Notes: generated from the sequence alone by a model not told the origin. Positions 8,971-20,125 are shown, counted from the first letter of the whole stretch. The stretch is 60,763 nt of DNA, filler included, from 5 parts of 5 records of this genome joined end to end with filler, not necessarily neighbours in it, one strand, 5' to 3'. Made by a program: numbers and translations.

Positions 8971-11900
8971 GTGGAAGACACTGTGAAAATTTTTATGTGG
9001 CTACCTATGCGCCTGGCCGCCGTATTACTAATTGGCGGGCTATTGAGTTTTGGAGAAGTTGGTGCAACTACGAGGACGGTCGACAATCACCACGACGACG
9101 GCAGTCCAGGAAGTTTGCGCTACGAAATTGGCCAGTCGAATGATGGTGACGTGATATGGATCACTACAAGCCAGACAATCGTGTTAAGTTTGGATCAGAT
9201 CGTGATCAGCACGGACTTAACAATTAGCGCGCAGACGGGTGCGACGGCGATCATTGATGCCGACTTAAACTCTCGCATTTTCAGTATTAGCAGCGCAACG
9301 GTAACGATGGCTGGGCTACAATTACAACAGGGCCTGGACGACACCGGCGGAGCGTTCGAAAGTTTTGTCAGTACACTCGAACTGACCGACTGTATTGTGA
9401 CTTCGAATTCTAGCCACAGCGAAGGTGGCGCGCTATTCCTACGCGGCGGCAGTTTAACAATGGAAGACTGCGAAATTAGTGATAACTCTCAGATTTTTTA
9501 TGCTGAGGGTGGCGCAATCTATAGCGAAGACACTTTTGTTAACATTACCAGTTGTTCCTTTAGCCACAACGGCAATCCGGATGAAACAGTAGGAGGAGCG
9601 ATATATGCACTCCGTGGCCACCTGGTAGTTTACGATTCGGAATTTCTGGCAAATGCCTCAGAAGGTGGAGCGGCGGGTATTACTCTGTTCGATGCAAGTG
9701 CAACGATTGCTACATGTGTGTTTAGTGATGGCGGCGGCTTCTCCACCGGCGCTCTCGAACTCGAAGCCAGAACAACAAGTGTTACGCTCGAATTGTTGGA
9801 TACAAAAATACTTCCGCACACGCGTAGTGACCAGTGCCTCCTCAATCTTCAAACCAAAAATTCCGCGAAATTTGACGTGTTAATTTCGGGGTGTGAAATC
9901 CGCGAGCTTAACCAAGGATATTCTGAGGGATTGTACTTCGACACCGGCGGTGCCACAGGTAGCTCTTTAGTGGTAGAACACAGTACGTTTGCCAACATTG
10001 GAAACGGTAGCGGCTTCGGGGCAATACAACTGCGCCCGAAAGGGGCGACGGTGCTTTTCGAGAATTGTGACATCATTGATAACAAAGGATTCAGAGGCGG
10101 CGCGGTTCTGTTGCAGGGCATTTTTCCAATCTCCAATGTCTTCTTTAATGATTGCAACATCAGTCGCAACAAAGCTTTGACAAGTGGAACAAGCGGAATC
10201 AGTGCGGCCGGCATCGCGGTCCTGGGAAGAAGCAACAACATCTACATCGATGGCTGCCAATTTGATGCCAATGCCTCACCAAATGGTGGTGGAGCGGCCA
10301 TCGGCTTGATAACTGCAAATGATTTATTGGTCGAGAACAGTACTTTCAGTAACAATATCTCAGAAGGAAATGGTGGCGCAATATTTGTCAGCACCGAGGT
10401 GAATTGCGTTACGATTGCTTCCTGCACAATTGCCGGCAATCGTTCCACAACTGCAAGTGGCGGTGCCATTTATAGCGCCGGGCCGAAAGTGTTAATCACT
10501 TCTTCGACAATCACGGGCAATTCTGCCGCCGTCAGTGCCGGTGCGATTTACCTGCAGGAAGGATCTTTAACGGCAGACTTCACGAATATTTTGAGCAGCA
10601 CCAGTGGAAGCAGCGGCGGCGCATTCTATATTAACAGCGGCGGACTGAGCATGACAAATTCGTCTATCCGCGGGAGCCGCGCCGACTTTGGTGCCGGCGG
10701 TGCAATTTATGCGAGCAGTTTTGGTGTGCCGGCTATTGATATCACTTTGATAGACACGGAGATAGTAACCAACGGCTGTATTGACCGCGGTGGTGCCATT
10801 AATATGGTTGGAAGCGGCGTATCACTGTACATGGACGGTGTGCATATGGAAGATAATGCCTGCAGCTCCGAGGGCGGCGGCGTACAGGCCTATCAGGGCC
10901 AGATTGTAGCGACAAACTGTACATTTGTTAACAACCGCGCAGCCAGCGGGACATCCGGTGGTGCATTTTATCTGGCAATTGGAAACTTTGAGTTCCACAA
11001 CAGTACGTTTGCAAATAACCGTTCAAATGTTAACGGCGGAGCGATCGATAATTTCAGTGGCACGGTTGTGATCGATCAATGTGATTTCCACGCCAATGAA
11101 GCCTGGGATGGCGACGGCGGAGGCGTTTTACACCGCGGCGGTGTCATGACCGTCACAAATTCAACGTTCCGCAATAACAGCGCCTCAAATCGCGGCGGCG
11201 GTTTTGCCGCAACCGGACTTAACGCCGATATCTCAAACTGCACATTTAGCGCCAATGAAGCCGGTAATCTTGGCGGTGGAATTTACGGTGGTGGCGCTGT
11301 GCAGCTCGACCTGAAATCAAATACGGTTAGCGCCAACATCGCCGACAGCGACAACAATGGCACTGGCGACGGTGGCGGAGTCTGGTCCGCAACCGGCCTG
11401 TTTAAGTCAAATATCATAAGTGGAAATATTGACCGCGGCGGCCAGTGTCCCGATATTGGCAACATCACAAATTCAGATGGCTTTAACCTGATTGGAACGG
11501 TTGGCCAATACAACTTCAACAACAATACGACTGGAGATCGCTACGGCGACCCTAACAATGTCGTAACTCCAAATAGTGGTGCTTTCGAGTCAGCAACTGC
11601 AATTGACGCCTTACTTGCGCCTCTGGCCGACAATGGCGGTTTTGCACCGACCCATGCGATTACACTTAACAGTCCTGCATTTGGTACTTCAACAACAGCG
11701 GGAGTTTCGCTGGTCGATCAGCGCGGTCAGGCACGCCTTGACGTTCCCGACATTGGTGCGTTTGAGCTCTATGTGCCGCTGGAAATTGACATGCCTCTGA
11801 CTGTTTGCCTGGGCGCACCTGTGCGCACCTGCGTCGCCATCGAACTGCCGGGTGCGAGCTACGAATTCGAGGCTTTTAACGGCAGTGTTATTGAAGATGC

Positions 11901-14028
11901 GCCGGGAGCGAGCTGCGCGACGGTACGCATCAATTCACTTGCCGGCGGCAGCGTGACGTTAACAGAACACCTCTCCCTGGGTGGTGTCCGCAGCACTACG
12001 GTCACAATAAACTCGATAGTTTTTGCTGCGCTGGATCATGCGCTTGCTACGCCGGAGGAACTGATTGAAATTGACGTACTGGCAAATGACAGCGGAGGTA
12101 GTTTAAGTCTGGTCTCCGTAGGCAGTGCTTCGATGGGCACGGTACAAATCAGTACGAGTGGAACGATCATGTACACTGCCGGCACCATTACCGGCATAGA
12201 TCGCTTCACTTACACTGTAACTGGCGCGCAGGGCTGCGTGGCCACCGGCAACGTAATTGTGATAACAGAAGCCGCGTATACGGACAACCTGCTGCTTGGA
12301 TTTGTTGAGCGTGAAAAAGACCGCAAGAGTGGCGTTCGTGGCCTGCGGCGGGTTAACGATATTGTTGTCAGTCCGGACGGCAGGCACGCCTATGCAGCTG
12401 GCTGGTCAGACAATTCAATTGCCATCTTTGAGCGCGACTCCAGTAGTGGCGAGTTAAACTACCTGGGACGCGTACGCCACGGTCGCAACGGCGTCACTCG
12501 TATGCGCTACCCGGCGGCCATCACAATTAGTCATGATGGCAGACATGTTTATATCGCCGCAAATCGCGACAATTCAATCGTCGTGTTTACGCGCAATCAG
12601 TCGTCCGGTTCCCTGTCCTATCTGGAACACCATCGCGACGGACAGGCCGGCGTTGCGGGTATGCAGCGTCCGCGCGACCTTGCAATCAGTCCCAACGGCT
12701 TAAACATCTACGTCAGCTCGTACAACAGCGATGCCGTCGCAGTTTTTGCGCGTGACCAGGAATCTGGCAGCTTAAAATTCCTTGAGTCCCTCCGTGATGG
12801 CGTCGACGGCGTCGATGGTCTTAACGGAGCACTTGGAATTGCAGTCAGCCTCGATGGGCTGAGCGTCTACGTCGCTGGGCAACAAGACAATGCACTCGTT
12901 CAGTTCGATCGTGCTCTAACAGATGGCACACTGATGTTTAACAAAAAGTATCGCGACGGAACCAGTGGCATTGATGGACTTGGTGGAGCGACGGACCTTG
13001 CTGTCTCACCTTCCACGGGTGATGTGTATGTGGCCGGCCAATACGACAATGCCATTGCGCATTTCAGCCGTGATAGTGCAACCGGCGATCTGACCTGGAA
13101 GAGTCGTTTGCGCGACGGCAGCAATGGCGTTGACGGTCTGCAGCGCATCAGCGATCTGTCAGTAAGTCCGGACGGCGCACACCTGTATGCTACCGGTGAA
13201 AATGACAACGCTCTGGCGGTATTTCTGCGCGACTTAAACAGCGGTGAATTAACATTTGCTGATCACGCACGCGACGGAACTGCTGGCGTCGATGGATTAC
13301 GTCAGGCGCGCGCCGTAGCTGTCAGTGGCGACAGTAAACACATCTATGTGACCGGCCGCGGCGATAACGCTCTAGCGGTGTTTGACAAAATTATCTTCCC
13401 AACGGGAGAAGACCGCATAGAATATAGGAGCCCAGGCCAGAGTTCAATTCTCATGTCATTTTCCATCAATCATCCTGCCGGTTTGCCGGTGACCCTGGAT
13501 AGCCTGACGGACGGCAACTTTGGTAGCACATCTGAACTCTTTGCGTTTACAATCAGGCCGACCTTAACACTTATACTCCTGCGGTATACTGTTCACACCG
13601 ACAGCGTTCCAGACGCTTTTACCTACACGCTCGCAAACAGCAATGGAACGAGAACTTATACGGTACAAATCTTGGAATCAGTTAATAAGTCGGGTGGCGC
13701 GAATGTTAATCCAATTGTGGACACCTTCATAAAGGCCGACCGGCTTGATGTACTCGTCAGCCCCAATCCCGCGCAGCACGAAGTTAACATCAGTTTCGGG
13801 CTTGAGGAGGCAGCAAGTGTCAGCATTAACATCTATGATATTCAGGGCCGTGTCGTAGCGCAGATCCCCACACGTGAACTTGCGCGAGGTGAGCATCAAA
13901 TCTTGTGGCAACTGCAATCACAGACCGGTACGGGGCTTCCGCAGGGAGCGTACATTATCGACGTGCATTCGCATTCGCAGCAGGAACAGGAACTAAGTGG
14001 GCAGACCATGTTAAAGGTGATTCGTTAG
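8971..14028 (+). CDS. large secreted surface protein: Pmp-like beta-helix, choice-of-anchor Q-like segment, Ig/cadherin-like domains, 7-bladed beta-propeller, C-terminal T9SS type-A/FlgD-like sorting domain
   Basis: Signal peptide; many GGA(I/F/V) and FxxN motifs; LAPLADNGG..THA..SPA..DQRG..DIGAFE; IDVLAND; seven ~53-aa SPDG blades; SPNP..IYDIQGRVV tail. Start could be 8971, 8983 or 8995. Confidence 0.85.
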   Translation: MEDTVKIFMWLPMRLAAVLLIGGLLSFGEVGATTRTVDNHHDDGSPGSLRYEIGQSNDGDVIWITTSQTIVLSLDQIVISTDLTISAQTGATAIIDADLNSRIFSISSATVTMAGLQLQQGLDDTGGAFESFVSTLELTDCIVTSNSSHSEGGALFLRGGSLTMEDCEISDNSQIFYAEGGAIYSEDTFVNITSCSFSHNGNPDETVGGAIYALRGHLVVYDSEFLANASEGGAAGITLFDASATIATCVFSDGGGFSTGALELEARTTSVTLELLDTKILPHTRSDQCLLNLQTKNSAKFDVLISGCEIRELNQGYSEGLYFDTGGATGSSLVVEHSTFANIGNGSGFGAIQLRPKGATVLFENCDIIDNKGFRGGAVLLQGIFPISNVFFNDCNISRNKALTSGTSGISAAGIAVLGRSNNIYIDGCQFDANASPNGGGAAIGLITANDLLVENSTFSNNISEGNGGAIFVSTEVNCVTIASCTIAGNRSTTASGGAIYSAGPKVLITSSTITGNSAAVSAGAIYLQEGSLTADFTNILSSTSGSSGGAFYINSGGLSMTNSSIRGSRADFGAGGAIYASSFGVPAIDITLIDTEIVTNGCIDRGGAINMVGSGVSLYMDGVHMEDNACSSEGGGVQAYQGQIVATNCTFVNNRAASGTSGGAFYLAIGNFEFHNSTFANNRSNVNGGAIDNFSGTVVIDQCDFHANEAWDGDGGGVLHRGGVMTVTNSTFRNNSASNRGGGFAATGLNADISNCTFSANEAGNLGGGIYGGGAVQLDLKSNTVSANIADSDNNGTGDGGGVWSATGLFKSNIISGNIDRGGQCPDIGNITNSDGFNLIGTVGQYNFNNNTTGDRYGDPNNVVTPNSGAFESATAIDALLAPLADNGGFAPTHAITLNSPAFGTSTTAGVSLVDQRGQARLDVPDIGAFELYVPLEIDMPLTVCLGAPVRTCVAIELPGASYEFEAFNGSVIEDAPGASCATVRINSLAGGSVTLTEHLSLGGVRSTTVTINSIVFAALDHALATPEELIEIDVLANDSGGSLSLVSVGSASMGTVQISTSGTIMYTAGTITGIDRFTYTVTGAQGCVATGNVIVITEAAYTDNLLLGFVEREKDRKSGVRGLRRVNDIVVSPDGRHAYAAGWSDNSIAIFERDSSSGELNYLGRVRHGRNGVTRMRYPAAITISHDGRHVYIAANRDNSIVVFTRNQSSGSLSYLEHHRDGQAGVAGMQRPRDLAISPNGLNIYVSSYNSDAVAVFARDQESGSLKFLESLRDGVDGVDGLNGALGIAVSLDGLSVYVAGQQDNALVQFDRALTDGTLMFNKKYRDGTSGIDGLGGATDLAVSPSTGDVYVAGQYDNAIAHFSRDSATGDLTWKSRLRDGSNGVDGLQRISDLSVSPDGAHLYATGENDNALAVFLRDLNSGELTFADHARDGTAGVDGLRQARAVAVSGDSKHIYVTGRGDNALAVFDKIIFPTGEDRIEYRSPGQSSILMSFSINHPAGLPVTLDSLTDGNFGSTSELFAFTIRPTLTLILLRYTVHTDSVPDAFTYTLANSNGTRTYTVQILESVNKSGGANVNPIVDTFIKADRLDVLVSPNPAQHEVNISFGLEEAASVSINIYDIQGRVVAQIPTRELARGEHQILWQLQSQTGTGLPQGAYIIDVHSHSQQEQELSGQTMLKVIR

Positions 14029-14071
14029 AATCGATGTCTGTTTGTAGCAGGTCGTTCGAGTGAAGGTAACT

Positions 14072-14128
14072 CAAACACCCGGCAGGTGCATAGCGCTTGT
14101 TGGGTGTTTGTGTTTGTGTTTGTGTTTG
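14072..14128 (+). terminator. hairpin followed by (TGTTTG)x4, probable terminator
   Basis: CAAACACCCGGCAGGTGC pairs with GCGCTTGTTGGGTGTTTG (several G-U pairs), 43 nt after the stop codon. Hexamer repeat at 14105-14128. Confidence 0.6.
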
Positions 14129-14345
14129 TGGGCCACAAGGTGCGATTGCGTACGAAACAAGTTCGAACTGTTAAGTTATGGGTTCAATTGTCTTGCAGCC
14201 TACTCTGCTGAATAACACTTCTGTCCCGGCAATTAACGAACTCAAAATTTACCAGAAAAGTCTTTAAGCTCGTCGGATGATTAGCCTCACTTAATAGTAA
14301 ACAGCTCTGCAGTTTCTATCGCCTGAAAACACCTGCGGGCTGGGC

Positions 14346-14363
14346 CAGAATGAACTGGCATGC
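14346..14363 (+). repeat. 18-bp terminal direct repeat, right copy
   Basis: Identical to 8453-8470. Confidence 0.95.
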
Positions 14364-14463
14364 NNNNNNNNNNNNNNNNNNNNNNNNNNNNNNNNNNNNN
14401 NNNNNNNTTAATTAATTAANNNNNNNNNNNNNNNNNNNNNNNNNNNNNNNNNNNNNNNNNNNN
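14364..14463. other. artificial contig linker
   Basis: 44 N + TTAATTAATTAA + 44 N. Confidence 0.98.
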
Positions 14464-14943
14464 CTGCCCCATCCGCGCGTTCGAGCCATAGGCATGGATG
14501 ATGCCACCATTCACAACCGTGGGGTCAATGCCACCCGCCACCAGCAATTCCGCCACCAAGGTGGTGGTGGTGGTTTTGCCATGGGTGCCCCCCACCGCAA
14601 TGTTGGATTTCAGGCGCATCAGCTCGGCCAGCATCTCGGCGCGGCGCACCACGGGCAGGCCGCGGCGGCGTGCCTCGTCTAATTCCGGGTTGCCAGGCTT
14701 GATGGCCGAGGAAATCACCACCACAGTCGCATTTTCCAGGTTCTCGGCGCGTTGCCCCTCGAAAATGGTGGCGCCCATAGCGCCCAGACGATCGGTGATT
14801 TTGCTGGCCTTCAGATCCGAGCCCTGGATGGTGTAGCCATGGTTCAGCAGCACCTCGGCAATGCCCGACATGCCAATGCCACCAATCCCCACAAAATGGA
14901 TTGGGCCAACATCGGTGGGCAATTTGGTTGCAGCGGCATTCAT
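14464..14943 (-). CDS. murC: UDP-N-acetylmuramate--L-alanine ligase, 3' truncated
   Basis: [15 protein letters not shown] and GTHGKTTTT; follows murG. Confidence 0.95.
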
Positions 14944-16055
14944 CGATCAATTCCCTTTTTATTGGCCAGGGCCTGCACCATATCTGCCAGCGTCGTTGCG
15001 GCGTCGGGGTGCCCGGCCGAAAGCGCCGCGCGCGCCATTTGCGTGGCGCCATCGGGGTTTGCCAAAACCAGCTGGATTTGCGCGGCCAGATCCTCGGGGG
15101 TGAGCCGGGCCTCGGGCACGACAATGGCCGCGCCGGTTTCAGCCAGCCCGCGGGCATTGGCGGTTTGGTGATCACCCGCCGCCGCAGCATAGGGGATCAA
15201 AATAGAGGGGCGGCCGATGATGGTCAGATCGGCCACGCTTGAGGCGCCAGCGCGGCTGATCACCAACTGCGCCTCGCTCATGCGGCGGGGGATATCGGCA
15301 AAAAACGGGGCAATATCGGCGGGTATGCCATGTTCGGCATAATAGTGCGCCACACGCTGGGCATCTTCGTCGCGGGCTTGATGGGCCACGCGCACGTGGC
15401 GCAACATTTCCATCGGCAGCGCGGCAATGGCCGGGGGCACGATATCAGACAACACCCGCGCGCCCTGGCTGCCGCCGATCACCAGCACCGACATCGGATA
15501 ATCGCCCGGCGCAATATAGCCCGCACCCTGCCGTTCGCGCACGCTGGCGCGCACCGGGTTGCCGGTGGGCACGCCTGTCACACCGTCAGGCAAGGCCGTG
15601 GGCCAGGTGCCGCAGGCAACCTGATCGACATGGCGGGCAAACACCTGGTTCACCCTGCCCAATACGCCATTTTGCTCGTGGATCATGCGCGGCAGGCGCA
15701 GCACCCAAGCCGCCGCCAGCGCCGGGATCGAGGGGTAGCCGCCAAAGCCCACAACCACCGAAGGCCGGTTGCGCAGCATCCCCCAAAGCGCGCCCACCCC
15801 CCCGGCGGCCAGCCGCAAGGGCACGCCCAGCTTGGCCAGCACACCGCCACGCGCAAAGGTGCCGCTGGCGCTGATGGCCACCTCGACCGCATCGGGAAAG
15901 CCGCCTGCATAACGCGCGCCGCGGGTGTCGGTTGACAGCTTCACCCGCCAGCCCCGCGCCAGCATCTCCTCGGCCAGCGCTTGGGCCGGAAACATATGCC
16001 CCCCGGTCCCCCCGGCAGCGATCACCAACAATGGCGTGCGGTTGCCCATGATCAA
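14940..16055 (-). CDS. murG: lipid II GlcNAc transferase
   Basis: [35 protein letters not shown]. Confidence 0.96.
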   Translation of the reverse strand: MIMGNRTPLLVIAAGGTGGHMFPAQALAEEMLARGWRVKLSTDTRGARYAGGFPDAVEVAISASGTFARGGVLAKLGVPLRLAAGGVGALWGMLRNRPSVVVGFGGYPSIPALAAAWVLRLPRMIHEQNGVLGRVNQVFARHVDQVACGTWPTALPDGVTGVPTGNPVRASVRERQGAGYIAPGDYPMSVLVIGGSQGARVLSDIVPPAIAALPMEMLRHVRVAHQARDEDAQRVAHYYAEHGIPADIAPFFADIPRRMSEAQLVISRAGASSVADLTIIGRPSILIPYAAAAGDHQTANARGLAETGAAIVVPEARLTPEDLAAQIQLVLANPDGATQMARAALSAGHPDAATTLADMVQALANKKGIDR

Positions 16056-16140
16056 CCCTCCAAATTCTTTGGCCGCTGCTTAGCCGCTGGCCGCGCGCCC
16101 TGCAACGCCTAGCCCCAGGGCCCGGCGGCAAGGCGCCACG

Positions 16141-17307
16141 TCACCGGCGGCGCGCGCGCAACAAATCGCCGATCTCACCTTGTGGGCGCGTGCGCGTAAA
16201 GGCCAGCAACATACCCATGGCAATGCCCCCCGCAATCAAGGACGAGCCGCCATAGCTGACAAAAGGCAATGTCATGCCCTTGGCCGGCAACAGGCGCACC
16301 GCAACACCCATATTGATCATCGCCTGCACCCCGAACATACAGGCCAGCCCCGTGCCGCCCAGGCGGATGAACGGATCACGCTCGTGCATCAAGCGCAACA
16401 GCGAGCGCAGCACCACGCTGCCATAAAGCGCGATGATCACCAGCACCAAAACCAGCCCGTATTCTTCGGCGGCGACCGCGATAATGAAATCGGTATGGGC
16501 ATCGGGCAACGACCATTTCACCTGCCCCTCGCCCACACCTACGCCGAAAAACCCACCCTCGCGGATGGCATTTGTGGCGTAGCCAATTTGGGTGGTTGGG
16601 TCTACGTCTTGGCTGAGAAAGCCATCAATGCGGCGCGCCACATGTTCCGAGTTTTGATAGGCAAATGTGCCCCCCAGCACCACTGCCACCGCCAGCCCCA
16701 CCAGCAGCAGCATGGGCGCACCCGCCACGAAATACATCACCGTCCAGCCAAACAGCACCAGCGAGGCCTGGCCGAAATCGGGCTGCATGGCCAGCATCAA
16801 AACGATCGACACCATCAGCGCAAACGACCACAACCGCCCCGGCGGGCCGCCAATTTCCTGCGCTGCGGCCATCATCCAGGCAGCCACCACCACAAAAACC
16901 GGCTTTAAAAATTCCGAGGGCTGGATGGCGGCAAAGCCCAAACTATACCAGCGCGTGGCGCCTTTGCCGAAATCGGTGCCAAAAAGCGGCAAAAACACCA
17001 AGGCCAGAAAGGCCGCCAAAAACCCCACAACCGCCAGGCGCCGCACCACCAGCGGGCTCAGCATCGAGGTGATCAGCATGGCCACCAAGGCCAGCCCACC
17101 AAAAACCGCCTGACGCTGCACGTAATGGAACGGATCAAAGCCATTTTTCTCGGCCAAGGGCGGCGAGGCCGCCAGCCCCAGCAAGATCCCGATGCCAAAA
17201 AGGATCAGAATGCAGGACATTGTCCATTTATCGACGGTCCGCCACCATTTCGGCAGAACCGGCTCGCCGTCCCGTTGTGGGACTGCGCCGTACACCATTT
17301 CTGTCAT
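16141..17307 (-). CDS. ftsW: SEDS peptidoglycan polymerase FtsW
   Basis: GATRW, QPSEFLK, QPDFG, LPDAHTDFI, LPFVSYGGSS; dcw context. Confidence 0.95.
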   Translation of the reverse strand: MTEMVYGAVPQRDGEPVLPKWWRTVDKWTMSCILILFGIGILLGLAASPPLAEKNGFDPFHYVQRQAVFGGLALVAMLITSMLSPLVVRRLAVVGFLAAFLALVFLPLFGTDFGKGATRWYSLGFAAIQPSEFLKPVFVVVAAWMMAAAQEIGGPPGRLWSFALMVSIVLMLAMQPDFGQASLVLFGWTVMYFVAGAPMLLLVGLAVAVVLGGTFAYQNSEHVARRIDGFLSQDVDPTTQIGYATNAIREGGFFGVGVGEGQVKWSLPDAHTDFIIAVAAEEYGLVLVLVIIALYGSVVLRSLLRLMHERDPFIRLGGTGLACMFGVQAMINMGVAVRLLPAKGMTLPFVSYGGSSLIAGGIAMGMLLAFTRTRPQGEIGDLLRARRR

Positions 17308-17453
17308 GCAAGCACCGCTCGTTGCCTGGGCGCCCCTTTCGGGGTCATTGGCTACACTTTAGCGCGCAAAGCGCCCGCTGGCTAGGGGCAAAGCCCAAGC
17401 CATAGCCGCGCACCCCCCTTGCCAATTGCGCGATCTCAAGGCAAGCCCGGCCT

Positions 17454-18680
17454 ATGGAATATGATACAGTGATCATAGGGGCGGGCGCCGCAGGGCTGAT
17501 GTGCGCAGCACATGCCGCAGGGCCTGGTGCGGGGCCTGGTGCGGGCGGGCGGGTTTTGGTGATTGATCACGCCAAGGCCCCGGGCGAGAAAATTCGCATC
17601 TCGGGCGGGGGGCGGTGCAATTTCACAAATATGCATTGCGAGCCGCAGGCGTTTTTGGGGGCAAACCCGCATTTTTGTAAATCTGCCCTGGCCCGCTACA
17701 CCCAATGGGATTTTCTGGATCTTGTGCAATCGCATAAAATCGCGTGGCACGAAAAAACCCTGGGCCAGCTTTTTTGCGATGACAAAGCCACCCAGATTGT
17801 CGCCATGCTTTTGGCTGAAATGCAAAAAGCGGGGGCCGAGCTGTGGCTGCAAACGGCGCTGCGGGGCCTGTCGCATGATGGCCAGCACTATCAGCTGCAG
17901 CTAGAGCGGCAGGGCCAGCGCCAGATGATCCGCGCCGGCGCGCTGGTGGTGGCATCGGGGGGCAAGTCGATTCCGAAAATGGGCGCAACCGGGCTGGCCT
18001 ATGAGATTGCCACACAATTTGGCCACACGGTAACAGACACGCGCCCCGCGCTGGTGCCTTTCACCTTTTCCGACACGCCATTTGCAGCAATTTCGGGCAC
18101 AGCCGCGCCTGCCCGGGCCAGTGCCGGTGGCACCAGTTTCAACGAGGCCGTTCTCTTCACCCATCGCGGCCTGTCGGGGCCTGCGATTTTGCAAATCAGC
18201 TCGTATTGGCGCGAGGGCTGCGCCATTACGCTGGATCTGGACCCAGAGGGCAAATTGCTGCCCGCGCTGCGGGCCGAACGGCAGGTGGCCGGGCGCAAGC
18301 ACCTGTCAAACGTGCTGGCCCAGCACCTGCCCGCGCGCCTTGTGCAGCATCTGGCGCAGCAGCTGCCCGCAAATCTGGGCTTGGCCACCAATTTGGCCGA
18401 TCACAGCGATGCACGATTGGCCCAAGTGGTCGAGGCGCTGCGCAATTGGCAGCTGAAACCCACCGCAACCGAAGGGTATCGCACCGCAGAGGTGACGTTG
18501 GGGGGGGTAGATACAGGCCAGATTTCATCGAAAACCATGGAAAGCACCCGCATGCCGGGCCTCTATTTCATCGGCGAATGCGTCGATGTTACGGGCTGGC
18601 TGGGGGGGTATAATTTTCAATGGGCCTGGTCTTCGGCTGTGGCGGCCGGGCGGGCGATTGCCGCGCGCGCGCGCGCCTAG
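17454..18680 (+). CDS. HI0933/YhiN (BaiN-like) family flavoprotein
   Basis: [47 protein letters not shown]. Confidence 0.92.
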   Translation: MEYDTVIIGAGAAGLMCAAHAAGPGAGPGAGGRVLVIDHAKAPGEKIRISGGGRCNFTNMHCEPQAFLGANPHFCKSALARYTQWDFLDLVQSHKIAWHEKTLGQLFCDDKATQIVAMLLAEMQKAGAELWLQTALRGLSHDGQHYQLQLERQGQRQMIRAGALVVASGGKSIPKMGATGLAYEIATQFGHTVTDTRPALVPFTFSDTPFAAISGTAAPARASAGGTSFNEAVLFTHRGLSGPAILQISSYWREGCAITLDLDPEGKLLPALRAERQVAGRKHLSNVLAQHLPARLVQHLAQQLPANLGLATNLADHSDARLAQVVEALRNWQLKPTATEGYRTAEVTLGGVDTGQISSKTMESTRMPGLYFIGECVDVTGWLGGYNFQWAWSSAVAAGRAIAARARA

Positions 18681-20083
18681 GCCAGCCCAAGCCCCGCACG
18701 CACAAGGGCAGTGAAATCATCGCCGCGCTGCTCGAAATTGTCATATTGGTCGAAACTGGCCGCAGCCGGGGCCAGCAACACCACCTCGCCCGGCTGGGCC
18801 TCGGCCATGGCGCGGGCCACGGCGGTATCCATGGTGGTGCAAATCTCGGCCTCGACCCCTTGCAGCTGCATGGCAAATTGTGCCGCCTCGCGCCCGATCA
18901 CATAGGCTTTTACCACGCCATCTGCCGCAGCCGCCAGCCGGCCCACGCCCCCCTCTTTTTCCAAACCGCCGCAAATCCAGCGTATGGCAGGGAAGGCGCG
19001 CAGGGCTTTTTCGGCGCTGTCCACATTGGTGGCCTTGCTGTCGTTGACATAGCGCACGCCCCCCGCCTCGGCCACCAACTGGCTGCGGTGGGGCAGGCCC
19101 GGATAGCTGTGCAAGCCCGCCTCGATCACCCGCGGCGCCATCCCCAGGCTGCGCATCACCGCATAGGCCGCGCAGGCATTTTGATGGTTATGCGCACCGG
19201 GCAAACCCGCCACCGCGCGCAAATCGATGGCCGCCACCTGGCGCCCCTTGCGCCATTCTGCCAAAAACCCCTTGCGCGCAAAAACCGACCAGCCCGCGCC
19301 CGCCAGCTTTTGCCCCGACGAGATGCGAATAACCCGGTCATCGCCCCGGCCCATCGACAGTTGATTGGCCATAAACTGGCCCTCTGCCTCGTCGATGCCA
19401 ATAATGGCCCGGTCTGGCCCGCCTTCGGAAAACAGCCGCCGCTTGGCGGCGAAATAGCCGCCCATGCCGGCGTGCCGATCCAGATGATCGGGAGACAGGT
19501 TGGTAAACACGGCGATATCAGGGGTCAAGCCGCGGGCCAGCTCGGTTTGATAGCTCGACAGTTCCAGCACCACCACCCCGCCATCGCCGGGCGGATCAAT
19601 ATCCAGCACACCGCGGCCGATATTGCCCGCCAATTGGCTGGAAATACCCGCCTGCTGCAGCAGATGATGGATCAGCGCCGAGGTGGTGGATTTGCCGTTA
19701 GATCCCGTCACCGCCACCACCCGTGGCGGGGTGTCGAACCGATCAAACCCCTGCGCCGCGAACGAGCGGAAAAACAGCCCGATATCATTATCAACCGGCA
19801 CATCCGCCGCCCAAGCCGCGGCGATCACCGGGTTTGGGCTGGGGTAAAGATGGGCGATGCCGGGGCTAACCACCAAACAGGCCAAATCATCAAAGGCGTG
19901 GGCACCGGCCAAATCGCGCAGTTCAAACCCTTGGGCGCTGGCCTGCGCGCGGGTGGCGGGGTTGTCATCCCAGCACAGCGGCGTGGCGCCGCCCGCCTGC
20001 AAGGCACGCGCCGTGGCCATGCCCGACCGCCCCAGGCCCAACACGGCCACATTTTGCCCAGAAAAACCGCTGACAGGTATCAT
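18677..20083 (-). CDS. murD: UDP-MurNAc-L-Ala--D-glutamate ligase
   Basis: [43 protein letters not shown]. Confidence 0.96.
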   Translation of the reverse strand: MIPVSGFSGQNVAVLGLGRSGMATARALQAGGATPLCWDDNPATRAQASAQGFELRDLAGAHAFDDLACLVVSPGIAHLYPSPNPVIAAAWAADVPVDNDIGLFFRSFAAQGFDRFDTPPRVVAVTGSNGKSTTSALIHHLLQQAGISSQLAGNIGRGVLDIDPPGDGGVVVLELSSYQTELARGLTPDIAVFTNLSPDHLDRHAGMGGYFAAKRRLFSEGGPDRAIIGIDEAEGQFMANQLSMGRGDDRVIRISSGQKLAGAGWSVFARKGFLAEWRKGRQVAAIDLRAVAGLPGAHNHQNACAAYAVMRSLGMAPRVIEAGLHSYPGLPHRSQLVAEAGGVRYVNDSKATNVDSAEKALRAFPAIRWICGGLEKEGGVGRLAAAADGVVKAYVIGREAAQFAMQLQGVEAEICTTMDTAVARAMAEAQPGEVVLLAPAAASFDQYDNFEQRGDDFTALVRAGLGLA

Positions 20084-20125
20084 CACATCCCCCTTGGGCC
20101 CCGATTGCAGCCCCGATCGCAGCCC

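Noticed and set aside
8489-9143. Short ORFs upstream of the surface-protein gene as Rep or recombinase candidates
   Set aside because: No recognisable motifs, and they overlap each other and the putative promoter.
14064-14176. Integron attC site (GTTAAGT at 14170)
   Set aside because: No matching RYYYAAC inverse core and no paired L boxes.
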